Made by a program: the position numbers and the translations under genes. DNA of 61,701 nt, filler included, from Choristocarpus tenellus KU-1152 (lineage: Eukaryota > Protista > Phaeophyceae): assembly GCA_964200185.2 (NCBI GenBank). It is 11 parts of 11 records of this genome, joined end to end, with 100 filler letters (N's around TTAATTAATTAA, not from the genome) between each part and the next. Parts side by side here need not be neighbours in the genome. Positions count along the whole stretch, not along the records: positions 1 to 4,235 come from CAXNAD020015554.1; positions 4,336 to 7,020 come from CAXNAD020025667.1; positions 7,121 to 9,920 come from CAXNAD020024648.1; positions 10,021 to 17,419 come from CAXNAD020006217.1; 7 more parts are not named here. One strand, 5' to 3'. Positions 1 through 12,763 of this stretch are shown one piece after another (position 1 is the stretch's first letter; every line of letters begins with the position of its first letter). The notes below the pieces were generated by a model. It saw nothing but the letters and a program-made list of their open reading frames with translations. It did not search any database and was not told the origin of the DNA.

Positions 1-70
1 CCAAAAATCGCGACATGAAAAAATTGACCCCAAATGGACAGCCGCCACCCCCTCCGAGATACTTTGAGCC
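1..70. mobile_element. MITE family B, terminal part (cut by window start), inserted in a copia gag ORF
   Basis: Ends ...CCCCCTCCGAGATACTTTGAGCC; reverse complement matches the start of the full family-B copy at 8177-8362. Confidence 0.8.
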
Positions 71-882
71 ATGACCAGGTCCATTGATAGCATCCTCCCC
101 CGTAGCTCTTCCAGGTGGTTTAGAGTCAGGATCGGATTCGCCCCCTTCTCCACCTTTGAAGTGAAAAGCTCACGGAACAAATATTGGCTATTACCCACTG
201 TATTAGGCATGAACCAATCATCTATTGCTCGGAAAAGCTCGCTCAGGCTTTGGTATGTATAGCACAGTGCCCTGGTGGTGGGTGCAACGAGAGCAACAGT
301 AAGTGCATGGGAGGTCTCTTCGGCCATCCAGATATGATTCGCACTGAAACCGTCCGAGAGAAGTTCCTGGTAGGAGCGTTCTTGATTGACTGGTCTTTCA
401 CTTGTCAACGCATCCAAACAGTGGGTATATCTGCAATGCACGATGAAACGCCTCCGCCAGTCCCAGTAGTCCGAGTCATCCAATAGTGTTGGTGGTTGGG
501 TTCTTGATCTCTTTGTCGAAGGGCGAACAATATGTGCGCCTGACCCCAAGCTCTCCGAAGAACCGGACCTCCGGCTTGCCCCACTTCTGATGCTCGCAGC
601 ATCCAAGCTGTTTCCCCTCTCTGTGAAATTTGCCCTCAACATGGGTTCCATAGGACCCACTTCGATTGGTACGCCCCCAGCTGGAGGCTGTGTGCTGGGC
701 ACAGCAGCCTGGACGACGGGATGATTTCCGTCGCCAACTCTTTCAGACTGAACCATGAGATTGCCAACGTTTCTTGACAACTCTGCTACCATGGCCATAA
801 GCTGTCTCAATTCTTGGACTAATGGGCCCTCGGAAGGAACAGGTTCCCGCAATTCTTGAATCGCATCTCCTCGTGTAGACAT
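71..882 (-). mobile_element. Ty1/copia-type Gag ORF (~270 aa), interrupted by a MITE
   Basis: Manual translation from ATG 882 is open down to the MITE (absent from the ORF track because there is no stop before the window edge): MSTRGDAIQELRE...LLDDSDYWDWRRRFIVHCRYTHCLDAL...LFRAIDDWFMPNTVGNSQYLFRE...KGANPILTLNHLEELRGRM. This fits the copia Gag N-terminal 'L...NY..W' and UBN2-like pattern. Confidence 0.7.
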
Positions 883-3800
883 GATTAAATGATGGGTGAA
901 AACCTAAGGTTCCAATATAGTGAGTTAAAGTATCCCCAAAATCATCAAAGAGGGTAAAGGTGATAAACCCGGCAAGATTGCTTGGTGTCTGTAGAGTGAT
1001 TGATTAAAGGTAAGTGGGGCATGCAACACCCCAATAAAATCAGAAATATTTCCTTCTATATCAGAAAAATGATCATACAACTAGTCACTAGTAAAAGGTT
1101 CTGATAACTCAACCACTAATTGATTGTTCCGTTACTCCATACATATTCTACGTAACTGTCCGATAGAGCTGGAAGTGTCTAATCGAACATTTGTACGTCA
1201 TATTGTCATAGATGGGTATTGTCCATGGTATTCTAATGAAGTAGGACAACTTGAAACAGATTTCAGTCCATGCTGTTCAGGACTAGCCTTGACTCAACAT
1301 CTCATTAAACAAGTCTAATCATCCTTAATAAATGGGTGTGCATATATAGTGGTGGACAACGTTCAAATAAATAATTAAATACTTTCACTATTTTCTCTCA
1401 TCTCTCGTCCTCTCGCATGAGTGGACATATCTGTCACCTGGCACAGTAGTGCACTCGTGTGTGCTAGAAGTGACTGTTCAGTGCGTCGTGTCTCTCTCTT
1501 TTACGAAAAAGTATTCGTTAATCGCCAAGAAATGACTAAGCCTCAACAAAAAAAAACGTAAGTTCACCTATATGTACGTGGTAGAGGTAAGCGGTGGAGA
1601 CCTAGGTAAGTTATATTTTACTTTTTTTTAGTTGACTGATCCCCCTGACATGATGTAATGACCCTGTTCGGTCTCCTCGTATATTCTTGAGAGGTGAGAA
1701 CACCCGCATCTTTCATCCCAGTATCCGCTTGGTATATTCTCGTTGTCAGCAATATTTCTGAGCTGTGTTGATTTTGATCACACTGTATACACCCTTGTGT
1801 TTTCACACATCAGAGAGTGTTCATTATTAAAATCTTCGTAGAACAACACGAATTATGTGTTGTCAGATCTCAAATGGTAGTCAATAGATGTCGACATCAT
1901 AAAGCAGCACTTACTCCTTGTTTCCGATCTCGAGTATCCTCTGTACAAGATACGAGAGACCTACGTGCTGGTCCCATTTACTTCTCGACTTGTATTTAGG
2001 CTGACTGCATTGCTGGTCCCATGCCCCCAGACCCTGAGCTTGACTATGCTATTAACCATCAAACTCATTCATGTTTGAAATGACTGACATGCTGATCCCA
2101 TGCACTCAGACCTCATAAAGCTTGATTGCTATTACTATATACCATCAACACTTGACTAATGATATCCTGATCAGATGTTCATTAATGTCACGTTCTTATC
2201 TTACACTCCATGTCATATTGATGGAGTCGTGCGTAATACAAGAGTGTTGCAGTAAAACTAACGGTCACACCTGTTTCCTATTTTCCTCCCAGAGCTCGCT
2301 TTTTGGTTGGCCCCAAATCACGCCTACATGACTTCAAGGCCCATGAGAAGGGGGGTGGTGATGTGGACAGCAGATTTTCTGTTATCATACCATTTGTTGT
2401 CATACCATATACCGACATATCGTTTGATATTCTTCTCTGAGAGCTTTGGTTCAACTGTGGAGGATCTTCAGAAGAGTAGGTTTCCACATGACTTTCCGTG
2501 ACATCTCTTCATGGACCGTAGATAGTGAACTGAGAATAGAGTAAGCAAATAATAAAGTAGAATAATGTCACTACCCCAGACCACTACTAAAACAAAACTC
2601 AGTATTTATATTATCTTTTTTTCAACTGGATCACGCTTCCTCATACCACCAGAGGAACTCCCTGGTTGAATGATGCCTTTCTTTTCATAAGACTCTCCGG
2701 TATTGCAATTTGGAGTATTGAAGTTCGAAGTATGAAAAATTATGTATGTAGGTAGTGTACACGCATGTATGAATCGGGTGATATGTGATGCTTCTGCTTG
2801 GTGAGAGTTCGAACCAACATCCCACGTCATTACAGTGCCTGTCGCCACTGCAGAAGAATTGGAATCACACCATGACAAGAGGGAAGCTTTCTGCAATACA
2901 CTTGGACAAACTTGTATGGGTCAATCTACAGCCCTCACTACAAACGCTATTGAATAGACCAGATAGTACCCATACCATTCCAAGTACTCCAATGCAAAGA
3001 TCAAAATAGGACTCACGTTTCTGGCTTGTCGCCAACTAATCAGGAATAATACAAGGCTCTAAGTTTTTTGCTGATTTAACAAATGGATATAGTGGAATAT
3101 AACGGCATCTTCAAGGTTTGCCAGAGACAGCATAAGTTACACCCCAAAATACTTCACCTTACCTCCACATTATCAAAACACAGACCAACAACAAAGCACA
3201 CACACACACTCACACACACACATGTTCAAAATCTACACGCTCTCCCTGCTTGTATTGAGGAGTTCCTTGAAATTCTAACTGCCTACTGCTTTGCTGCCCC
3301 TGCCCTGTGTGCTCATTTCACAACCATACTCTAATGCTCTCTCCCTTCAACATGAGTAACACTTGATGTGATTCACATGCCAAGTGGCATTCAATCAGGA
3401 TGACAAGGGGAAGGAGCTAATTCTGCAAGGTGTCACACCTGTCTGTCAGCAATAGTGAGAGGAGGTAACAACCAGAGCATAGTCGAAGGCCCTCTCAACA
3501 ACCAAGTCCTTTTGCCCAAGCTTGGGAACTTCACCATTCATACATCTACCACCACTGAAGGCGCCACACCTACCAGACTATTTGCACTACCTTGTTGGAC
3601 ATACTGCCAAATGGAACAGAACATACTGGGGGGGGGGGGAGCCATGTATTCTAGCATCTGGTTTTCAAGTACTTATCCAGCCAAGTGGAGTATAACAAAT
3701 GCAATTGCCTTACACTAATAGAGGCCGGGACTCCATTTCACACTCTTGTTGGGCCTCTGGAATGAACATAATATGCACCACAGCACCAGAACAAACACTT

Positions 3801-4235
3801 CCCCAACACTCTTACCAAAAAAAAGCAAGTCAGCAAAGACAGTAAGGCATTTACACTGTCTCTCTCTCTCTCTCTCCCCTGCAGACTTAGCCCGACACAC
3901 CATCCCCCAAAGAAGATTGAAATAAGAAGATCAAAGCAACTCCCCAAAGGGAAAACAAGCACCAAGAGCAACAACACAATTCGGTCACCTAATACCCCCG
4001 TGGCCTTTGATAAATCAATGGGTGTATGGGGTACAAGGAGGCCAAACCCTTTCTCAGTCCCAAGGTGACTAAATCAACCCCTCTCGCCCAGCAGGCCATC
4101 TATTGGTTACACCGTCAGGTCGTCCATGAGGTAGTTTGTGTTTGTGTCCGGTGAAGGCGGCAAAATGGTTCCATCATACCTTTTTTTTGGGGGGGGGGGG
4201 GGGGGGGGAGGGGAAGAGAAAAGGTTTAGAAAGAG

Positions 4236-4335
4236 NNNNNNNNNNNNNNNNNNNNNNNNNNNNNNNNNNNNNNNNNNNNTTAATTAATTAANNNNNNNNN
4301 NNNNNNNNNNNNNNNNNNNNNNNNNNNNNNNNNNN
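4236..4335. other. Artificial contig linker (N44-TTAATTAATTAA-N44)
   Basis: Identical 100-bp linkers with stops in all six frames also at 7021-7120, 9921-10020, 17420-17519, 20263-20362, 25174-25273, 37470-37569, 45472-45571, 51470-51569 and 54506-54605. Confidence 0.98.
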
Positions 4336-4384
4336 ACACCCCTTTACAGAACCCCCCCCCCCCCTTCGCCAGATACTTTGAGCC
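4336..4384. mobile_element. MITE family B terminus at contig start
   Basis: Poly-C tract followed by CAGATACTTTGAGCC. Confidence 0.7.
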
Positions 4385-4568
4385 ACACACACATAATCTG
4401 AATCGGGATGAACAGCAACAACAGTTCAGACCAAAGAATCATTCTGTTCTGACTGGTCATGTGCAGCTGCTGTTACCACCACCCAGACGTCCTTGGCATC
4501 TGTTCTGTAAGGTGGATACAGCATGCAGTCATATATGTTGCGTGCACAGGTTTTTCTCATTTTGTCCA

Positions 4569-4827
4569 GAGGCAACGTAAACGAGAGGTACCCAGGTTTT
4601 GACTGTTTCGCATTTTATGTCTGCCTTTCAATCTTTGGCAATACACCCATATTTCTATGAATAATGAAGTGCTAAGTTTAACTTGAGAACATTGGTTTCT
4701 CTATTGTTTGAAACTCGACACAATTCAGAAACTATCCTAAAAACGTATAATAGAATGGACGAATTTTGCTCGTATTTGTGGGCATCCTTAAAATGTAACT
4801 CTAAATACATCTCGTTTACTTTGACTC
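4569..4827. mobile_element. MITE family C (~260 bp)
   Basis: TIRs GAGGCAACGTAAACGAGAGGTA ... TACATCTCGTTTACTTTGACTC; flanks TCCA/TCCG; related copy at 59837-60012. Confidence 0.75.
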
Positions 4828-5251
4828 TCCGCTCAAGGTGATGCAGTGTGGATCAAACGCACAAACGACTCGTGGTACCTCTGACATATACTGTGGAGTC
4901 AATCAGTGAATCTGTGGATTGTGTTTTGTTCTGAGTGAGTGCAGTCAATCATAGTGGAGTATTGAGGAACATGCTGCACTCAGGGTCTCAACCCTTGCCC
5001 AGCATGCCTCAACACCCCTCACTCACTTCTTTCCTTCACCTCTCTCTGGTGGTTCTCATCACCCCATCTCTCAGAACTTGGCTGTACATGCATGGCGATT
5101 ATTATTCCTATTGTTATTTTTTGTCATCACATTAATGTGAGGAGTCCCAGACCCGTGTCCAAATGGTATTCCAAAAGAAGGCAATACAACACCAGTCCTA
5201 AGGGGAGGCTCGTGGATTGGAGCGATGGAGCGCAAGAGAGGAGAAATGTTG

Positions 5252-5493
5252 GAGTGAAAGCATCTTAGAGTGTACGAGTTTTGCTCTGTTTGTTTGGGGC
5301 TTTGGCTTCCCACGGGTTATTTAAAGAAATTTTCCTACTCTGAAATGTTTTGGAGTAGGTATGAAAAGATATGTCCGGAACAAGGATATTAACATTTCCT
5401 AACAAACACGATAACTAAAATTACATAAAAATCGCAACATTGGATTTCGACCCCCAAACGGACATGGTTCTACCCTTCAAGATACTTTGACTC
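5252..5493. mobile_element. MITE family A copy (small internal deletion)
   Basis: GAGTGAAAGCATCTTAGAGTGTA ... TACCCTTCAAGATACTTTGACTC; TTG duplicated on both sides. Confidence 0.9.
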
Positions 5494-5920
5494 TTGGGGT
5501 GGTACCTGTGGCACTTGAAAGTGATCCAACGAACAATAGCTGTTATTCCTAACGTGCTGATCCCTGCACAAGATGGCAGTATTGAAACCTGGAAGTATCT
5601 TAGAGGTGGGCAGTGCAGTCTGAATCGACTATGAATCAATGAGAGGTAAGGTCAGGGGTGGGTGTGTCTTGTAGTGGGGATGTGTGGTTGGTTTTGGTGG
5701 TGGGAAAGGTGGGTGTGGACGTGGTAGTGGAGAAGAAGAAGGAATAGTGGCCGTGAGCATCTGGACCCCAGTCATAAGGCAGAACTGAGGTTGTGATGGA
5801 TGTGGCGTCATGGTAGTAGGTGGGGATGGAGTAGGTGGGTGGGGGACGGACGGGTGGTTAAGGTGTTGACGTTGTGCCCAGCATTCTGGATCAGTATGTG
5901 GGAGTGTCATGTGGTAGGGA

Positions 5921-6177
5921 GAGCCAGAGTATCTTAGAGGGTAGATCCGCGTTTATTTGGGGATCACAATCCAATGTTGCGGTTTTGATGTAGTTTTGGC
6001 TATCGTGTTTATTTGGAAGTGTCAATGTCCTTATTCCGGACACACCTTTTCATAAGTTATATATTTTACCTACTCGAAATATTTTGAAGTAGGAAAATGT
6101 AATTAAAAAAACATGGGAAGCCAAGTCCCAAATGTACACACAGGGCGAAACTCGTACCCTCTAAGATACTTTCACTC
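5921..6177. mobile_element. MITE family A copy (opposite orientation)
   Basis: GAGCCAGAGTATCTTAGAGGGTA ... TACCCTCTAAGATACTTTCACTC. Confidence 0.9.
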
Positions 6178-6446
6178 AGGAACACGTTGGTTAGTCCACT
6201 GTAATGGTCATGACTTTCACTTGTATCACTAGCTCATAATCACAACACCACCTACTATCTTCAGAACACCATGGTACATAGGAAGCATCAGAACAGTCGC
6301 TACTCATCACACACACAGGCATAATGGGAGTCGCTTGAGTTACATCAGACGCTGATTCAAGTTTGTTGTGTTGTTTCTTTGTTTATGTTTTTCCCTTCCT
6401 TCTTCTTAACAACAGAAGGTTCCAGTTGTATGTCCATTGTTGATTA

Positions 6447-6553
6447 GAGCCAAAGTATCTTAGAGGGTACAGCCACGTCCGTTTGGGGGCCAAAATCCAA
6501 AGTTGCAATTTTGATGTAATTTTGGTTATCATGTTTGTTAGGAATTGTCAATA
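6447..6553. mobile_element. MITE family A, partial, interrupted at a TA by another element
   Basis: GAGCCAAAGTATCTTAGAGGGTA...GGAATTGTCAATA, after which similarity to family A stops abruptly. Confidence 0.85.
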
Positions 6554-7020
6554 CAGTAGGTTACCCTATTTTGGGCCAAATATTATGAACCAAATCGGAA
6601 AATATGCAATTTTGTACGGCTTTTTTCGACGTGCTCAAAAAATAGACTTTTGTACCGGAATTCTCGTATTCGGGCTATTTGGCACAAACTCCCAGAGATA
6701 TTCACACGAGTTTGGCGCGCGCGCAAAAATTCTCGCGAAAAGTGCCCTTCTTCCTCGGTCATGCTACCATACAGCAGTACAGTATGTTGCTGGTAAGGGA
6801 ATAAAGTGGAAGCCATGTCTTGTGCAGCGGGAAACCTCTACAAGATGCCTTCAAACACACCGGGTCCGCCTTTCTACACAATCCCCAAGTGTCATAAGTG
6901 CGGTGGGTACCTCCATGGTATATGTAGTGTGAAGGATCCCGAACTCACTGCAAACGTTTGTGTGAGGGGCAGTGCTTGGCACTGCAGCAAGTTGCGGGCG
7001 CTGACGGCAAGGGCGCATTG
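6554..7020 (+). mobile_element. Probable Tc1/mariner/pogo-type element 5' end with Cys/His-rich ORF start
   Basis: Begins CAGTAGG immediately after a TA inside a MITE. ORF 6806-7020 reads CAAGNLYKMP...KCHKCGGYLHGICSVKDP...VCV. No DDE domain is visible before the contig ends. Confidence 0.45.
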
Positions 7021-7120
7021 NNNNNNNNNNNNNNNNNNNNNNNNNNNNNNNNNNNNNNNNNNNNTTAATTAATTAANNNNNNNNNNNNNNNNNNNNNNNN
7101 NNNNNNNNNNNNNNNNNNNN

Positions 7121-7247
7121 AAGGTGTGTCCAGAACATGGATATTGACACTTCCTAACAAAAACGATAGCCAAAATTGTAACAAAATCGCAACATTGAAA
7201 TTGGCCCCAAAATGGACACGGCTCTACTCTCTAAGACACTTTGACTC
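7121..7247. mobile_element. MITE family A, partial at contig start
   Basis: ...AAAATCGCAACATTG...TACTCTCTAAGACACTTTGACTC. Confidence 0.85.
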
Positions 7248-7608
7248 CTTCATGGACGAAAGTATTTGAACCTGGGACACATGCTGCACAAGAAACAGTC
7301 TGTAAAGAGGTAAACCAAAACCTATTGTGCATGTTGTTGCATCCTGCAAACCACTCTTTAGTTCAGGTGTTGCACTGAGGAAGAAGACAACTCGAAAGAA
7401 ACTTGGACATAATGTAACACAGTATAATCCTTCTTGGCGGTGCTTGTTGGGTTTCTCTTTCTTACCTTTTGGTACATTAGTTGGAAATAGTATGTACTTC
7501 CTCATTTCAGCACCAGTCCATACACTTCGCAGGGCAGGCTGCATAGTATAGATGCACAAGATGGTGTCAGATTTTCAATATTCTTGAGGGGAGTCCTACA
7601 AAAACCAT

Positions 7609-9838
7609 CTACTCCACACATCCATTCAGTCCACCATCAACCAAAGCACCACTGTTGGCCTTGGCCTCAAAGAGGATGGTGGCCAGGTGAGACAGAACAA
7701 ACCTCCCGGCTCTGTTAAAGCTGCGCCTGAAGACTATGGTACCATGGGTGTGAACCCCTGGAAGGCACACATCCACCCTGCCACAAATGTGTAGAAAAAA
7801 GCACAACTAAGGTTTTGTTGTAGTTGAGGCAGGCGGTAGGATTCGTGGAGTAGCAGTGGGGGCTCTTGAGCATCAGACTGGGTTACTTATAAACAAAACT
7901 ATCAGTTTTCCTCTCATGTCCCTATGCACCTGTGAACTCTGAAATTTCTATAATGCCCTATACATTGCCACGAGAGAGGGCAGGTGTACTGATACAGAAA
8001 TAGCAGCAGCTTTATAAATTGCTCAGAGAAATCCCCCTGGGAGAAACAAATGACTGCACGTTGAGCATGGGGCAATGTATACTGGTGGGGTGTAAAGACA
8101 AAATAATGAGATAATACGTTCCACTATCAATAATTTGACCATAATATTGGTATGCAAAAGTCAACAGCCAAACAGTGGCTCAAAGTATTTGAGGGGGGTG
8201 GCAGCTGTCCACTTGGGGTCAATTTTTTCAAGTTGCGATTTTCGAGTGATTTGGTTGCATACACCGGATGGCTAATGTAAGTAGTGCACTTTTCCTGGTT
8301 ACGACCCAAATGGACAACCTGGTGTAGACCCCCCCCCCCCTTCCTTCCAGATATTTTGAGTCAGTGAAAGACCAGACCTCAAGAGGTTGGGAAACAAATC
8401 AACATCTCAGAAACAAGACAGTGATACTACTATGTTGATCATTTCAACGAACAACCGTGTGCATGATTGGACTATGATTCAATTCAACCCTTGGGACCTC
8501 TAATACTGAATGAGGTTCCTAAGGACTGCAGATAAACACGAGCCAGAAAGCCGGTCTCTCCCATGCAAACTCCAACCTCAAACTCACTTTCTCTCTGTTA
8601 AAAGATCGAGTATATCGAGGACCTCACTGTCCCCTGCAAAAAACCAAGACTACTGCTTATGAGTTGCGGCATGATCAATTACAATGGAGTCCACAGTTCT
8701 GGCCACAAACTAGACCACCATAGGCAACAGCATGGCACACAGAAAGTATAAACATCACCCAAAAAAATGCGTATACTTCAAATGCAAAAGGCTCCATTCA
8801 GTTGACTCACCTCCACAGTCCAAGCTCTGCCCTCATCATATTCTTCCTTATGGCTAAGGGCACCTCATTCAACACAAGTGACCTCTTCTCCATGCTCCCC
8901 TCCCCAGCAGCATCGCCTTCTCCACATCTCACAAAAACCTCTCTGCTTCTCACACACCCTTCCCCCTTGCCTCCCACATCAGCATTAGTCCCTGCGTTGC
9001 TCTCCCTGCAGTCATCCCCTGCACATTTCAATCTCAACAGCGGAGTTGACTGTGCCGAGACATCTTCATTGTCATCACCTCCATCAACAATGCTTAGGGC
9101 CGGTAAAGTGGCGGAGGCCTCAACTGCAGTGGTACCATTATCCCCCGGTTCTGGACAGGTACTTCCAGGGTCCAATCTGGGTACCAGTACTGCCTCAGCC
9201 CCTGTCGTTGGTAATGGACCAGCCTCTGGTTCATCCCCCTCTGTCTGGCGGACTCTATCATCACCGTTGAAGACAGCATGAGCTATTCGAAGAGGTACTA
9301 TGAGAAGCACAAACTGTAACAGTAGCAGGGGAATCAGCAGCATCAGGACTGCCACTGTCTGAAGGCCCACACACTTGTCCCCTGAATGCGTTTCTATTCC
9401 CCTTGCTGGTACATCAGTGGCACCTGAGCTTCCCTTGTCCCCCTCACAATCCATCTTTGATACCAAGTCGCTGCTATTCTCGTCCTCACACCTGCTAACA
9501 CCATTAGCACAAATAATAACTCCATCCTCACTACTAGAAGTAGTAACCTCCTGCTGTTGTCTACCTCCCTCCACAGATGACTTGGAAGGCATTTTGTTCA
9601 CCTCATGATCAACATTACCGGCCAGTTCGGGCCATGGACAGCTGATTTCTCCCTCTCCCGGCTCAACAAGAGGGGAACTGGATATCACAGTAGGGGCCTT
9701 TTGAGTCGCCAGCTTTGCACATGGAGCTCCCACCTCTGTTGGGGAAGAACCTGAGGTTACAGTATCATCTGATATCTTGTACACGCCAGCAATGAAGGGA
9801 TAGCCTTCAAGAAATGCCACATCCTTTAACCCTCTGTG
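7609..9838 (-). CDS. 3' exons of an unknown protein (long low-complexity S/G/E-rich exon plus terminal exon)
   Basis: Exon ~9838-8811 lies in the 367-aa ORF and ends at AG|GTGAGT (phase 2). Exon 7777-7609 starts after GGCAG| and continues in phase: ...IRKNMMRAELGLW-R-VDVCLPGVHTHGTIVFRRSF...CVE*. No family recognised. Confidence 0.6.
8177..8362. mobile_element. MITE family B, full copy (~186 bp) in an intron
   Basis: TIRs GGCTCAAAGTATTTG-G-run ... C-run-CAGATATTTTGAGTC; AGT duplicated on both sides. Confidence 0.85.
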
Positions 9839-10020
9839 CTGATTGACACAACCAGGAGAGAGGGTTGCATGCAAGTGGGGAGGGGGGGGGGGGGGGGGGA
9901 CGGAGGCCATCCTGTGACAANNNNNNNNNNNNNNNNNNNNNNNNNNNNNNNNNNNNNNNNNNNNTTAATTAATTAANNNNNNNNNNNNNNNNNNNNNNNN
10001 NNNNNNNNNNNNNNNNNNNN

Positions 10021-10060
10021 CCTGGTGTAGACCCCCCCCCCCTCTCAGGTACTTTGGATC
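10021..10060. mobile_element. MITE family B terminus at contig start
   Basis: CCTGGTGTAGA-polyC-TCTCAGGTACTTTGGATC, matching the family-B end. Confidence 0.7.
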
Positions 10061-10576
10061 ACACTCGAAACACTCGAATGTTGTATATTGGAAAAAAAGC
10101 GGAGGAAGGGCAACCCCGTGTCGGGTTGACTGCAGCTCACTTACTCAAAATCTGGTTTGGTGACAAGTTACTACTCCGTACGTACCAACATGGAAGGGGG
10201 GGAAGGGGGATACACCTTGGGCAATTGATTACTGTGACACATACTTTGAGCCATCCTAAGTTTGTCAACGTAAGTGGCACTACTGTATGTTACAAGTCAA
10301 GTATGTTGAAGGTGAGAGAGCACCTGGACGGGAACACAGTACCATCTTCCACAGTTGAGTTGAATCCGCTCAAGAATAGTACACTGCATGATTTTGAGCC
10401 AGGCCAAACGCTTACCATTGAAATCAGTGTCAAATTGCAAATGTCCACTTGTGCATCAAGTTTGTATCAGCTAAAGCACCAAATATCAGCATAAAAGATC
10501 ACACCTGTTTTACCTTTCCCTCCAGATTCATGGCATTGATTCATTCTTGTCCTGGATCACCCTTACCCGTGCTCTG

Positions 10577-10705
10577 ACAAGACATCAGTCGGGGCTGGAA
10601 AGCGCACTCGGGATCCTGCTTTGGAGGAGGTTGTTGTAGGAGGCCCCCCATACCTGGATGGTGATCACAGCCATCTCCTGCTTGCGGGCTAGGAAGGCTT
10701 CACAC
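10577..10705 (-). pseudogene. Possible frameshifted exon with an 'ECxFQP' motif
   Basis: Bounded by CACAG| and |GTAAGG. Reads CEAFLARKQEM in one frame and PPPKQDPECAFQPRL in another; joining them needs a frameshift. Confidence 0.25.
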
Positions 10706-12509
10706 CTGTGCAAAGCAAGAGACAGTGGTATGATGGTGGTCATTTCCACTTCATGCTGGAGTGCCTAGTGGCACTAGTCGGATGTACTCATGTTCACCCC
10801 ATTTCTTACATTATCGAAATTGGCTATGATCTGTGACCACTCCATGTTGTGGGTATTGGAGATGCAAACATTATGATGGAATCAACACCACCTAACATCG
10901 CCACAGTAGGATCTTCCCCAACATCACAAAGCAAAATCTAGAGAAACTGTTATATTTTCGTTTAGCCCTTACCCGTATATAACACAAAACAAATACGCTA
11001 TTAAAGATCTACCAATGAGTAATCTCTCTTAATGGTGTTCCTAGTGGACAGACACAAGCTCGCGGTATGATCTGTACATGTGTTGCTATAAACATCAACA
11101 CGCAAGGTTAGGACACAGGCAGAGTTAAGCAGGATGTGGCAGGTTCCAAAGTAATCAAAATAACAACTGCCTGGAGAAAGTACAATCCAATACACTGTGT
11201 GGAGAATCTAGACCATCCTCTACCGGGCTAGAGCATTAGGAGATACGTGACGCTTCCTTTTTTGTTGTTGCTGTCAAATGTGCTATTGGGTGTAAGTTAC
11301 GCACTTCAGCTGTACTTTGAAATATAGTCAACGCAGATACACACACTTGACCAGTGGCTTAATGCTTGATTCAATAGGATACAGCAGTATGCTTGCGGGT
11401 ATTTTTGCTACTACTGCATAGCCAAAACTGAGTCTCCAAAGGAAGCATGGGCTCCCACTACTCCTTGTCCTCTACAATGATATTTTCAGAGGGAGAGCAA
11501 GCATCTCATTGGCTCTTGTACCATGAGTAGTTCCAAACCAAACCCTGCCCTCGCCACACAACTCCTCCAAGAGGATTGGAGGATGGTGCCTCCGCAAAAG
11601 TGGAAGAAGAACGACATAAGGATGTGGTCACTCCTCCATGGGAAATTCGCTTGAAACACTTCAAAGATGGTGACCGCCTTTGATCAATCATATTTACCAT
11701 CCTTAGAAATGATTCAAGCGATTCTCCCACAAAGGTGTGACTGCATCATTTTGGCATCCTTGTTCTGCCCTTAGCATGAGATGACCTACACACATTTGTG
11801 CTCGAAATTTACTGCATAATAGTGCACTTGCATTGAGGGCCATGGAAGCCATACTATTTATTTGTAGCTGGAACGATGTGGTGTTCAAAGTTCAATTTTG
11901 AAAAGCCTCAGTTTACTAGTTGAAGTTGAGTTTGCCTTGAATGATTCCATGTTACTCTAAGGCTACTTTCCTATGTGAAGGAGACTAGACCACAACAGAT
12001 GGGCTAATTTTTGTTCTTTACTCTTTGCTTCACTTTCGTACTGGGGGGCTGTCCTGACCCGCCGTCAGAGGCACTACACACTACACTACTTCTCATACTA
12101 GCTACTATATAACTATCTGTTGCACTACGACCATTTGTATTGCCTCCTTTTGTGGGCAATCAGATATGACCATTGAAGTTGATGCCATAGAAGAACTTAC
12201 ACAATTAATCAGGTTGTAAACACTTGTACTAATATAATCCCCAGATATAGTGTCAAGAGTATGCTTGACCATTTGTGAGAATATGATTTGAAGTATTATT
12301 TTATGTACGCACAGATGATGATGTAGGACATTCGGGATATTTAGGCGGGGTATTTGACCAGGAGTAATCGACAGACTGTTAGAGGCGGAGTGGTTCTAAC
12401 GTACAAGAGAACTGTTGAATCATTTGGTATTCTGATTCATTCAACGTAAGGATTGGTGAGCCCCACCTAGTGAAGGTATCTCTCTCTCTTCTCAACTCTG
12501 ATACAAGCT

Positions 12510-12763
12510 AATAAACAATAATATCAACTAGTTGTGTGGGACAACAGATCGTCAAAGACAGCTTAACAAATAGCTGAAATGAAAATTCAATTTAAATAGA
12601 CAATAATATAACTGGTTGTGTGGGACAACAGATCGTCAAGGACAGCTTAACATATAGCTGAAGTGAAGATTCAATTTGAATAAACAATAATATAAACTGG
12701 TTGTGTGGGACAACAGATCGTCAAAGACAGCTTAACAAATAGCTGAAGTGAAAATTCAATTTG
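12510..12763. repeat. Tandem repeat, 3 x ~84-85 bp
   Basis: GTGGGACAACAGATCGTCAA recurs at 12536, 12620 and 12705, with near-identical sequence in between. Confidence 0.95.

Noticed and set aside
4280-4291. TTAATTAATTAA palindrome recurring ten times
   Set aside because: Always centred in N-runs of fixed length; an artificial six-frame-stop linker.
8802-9281. Plus-strand ORFs overlapping real exons (also 27683-28039, 37820-38107, 47547-49124)
   Set aside because: Antisense shadows of the minus-strand coding exons.
12510-12763. CRISPR-like array
   Set aside because: The units are similar over their whole length with no unique spacers, no cas genes are present, and the context is eukaryotic.
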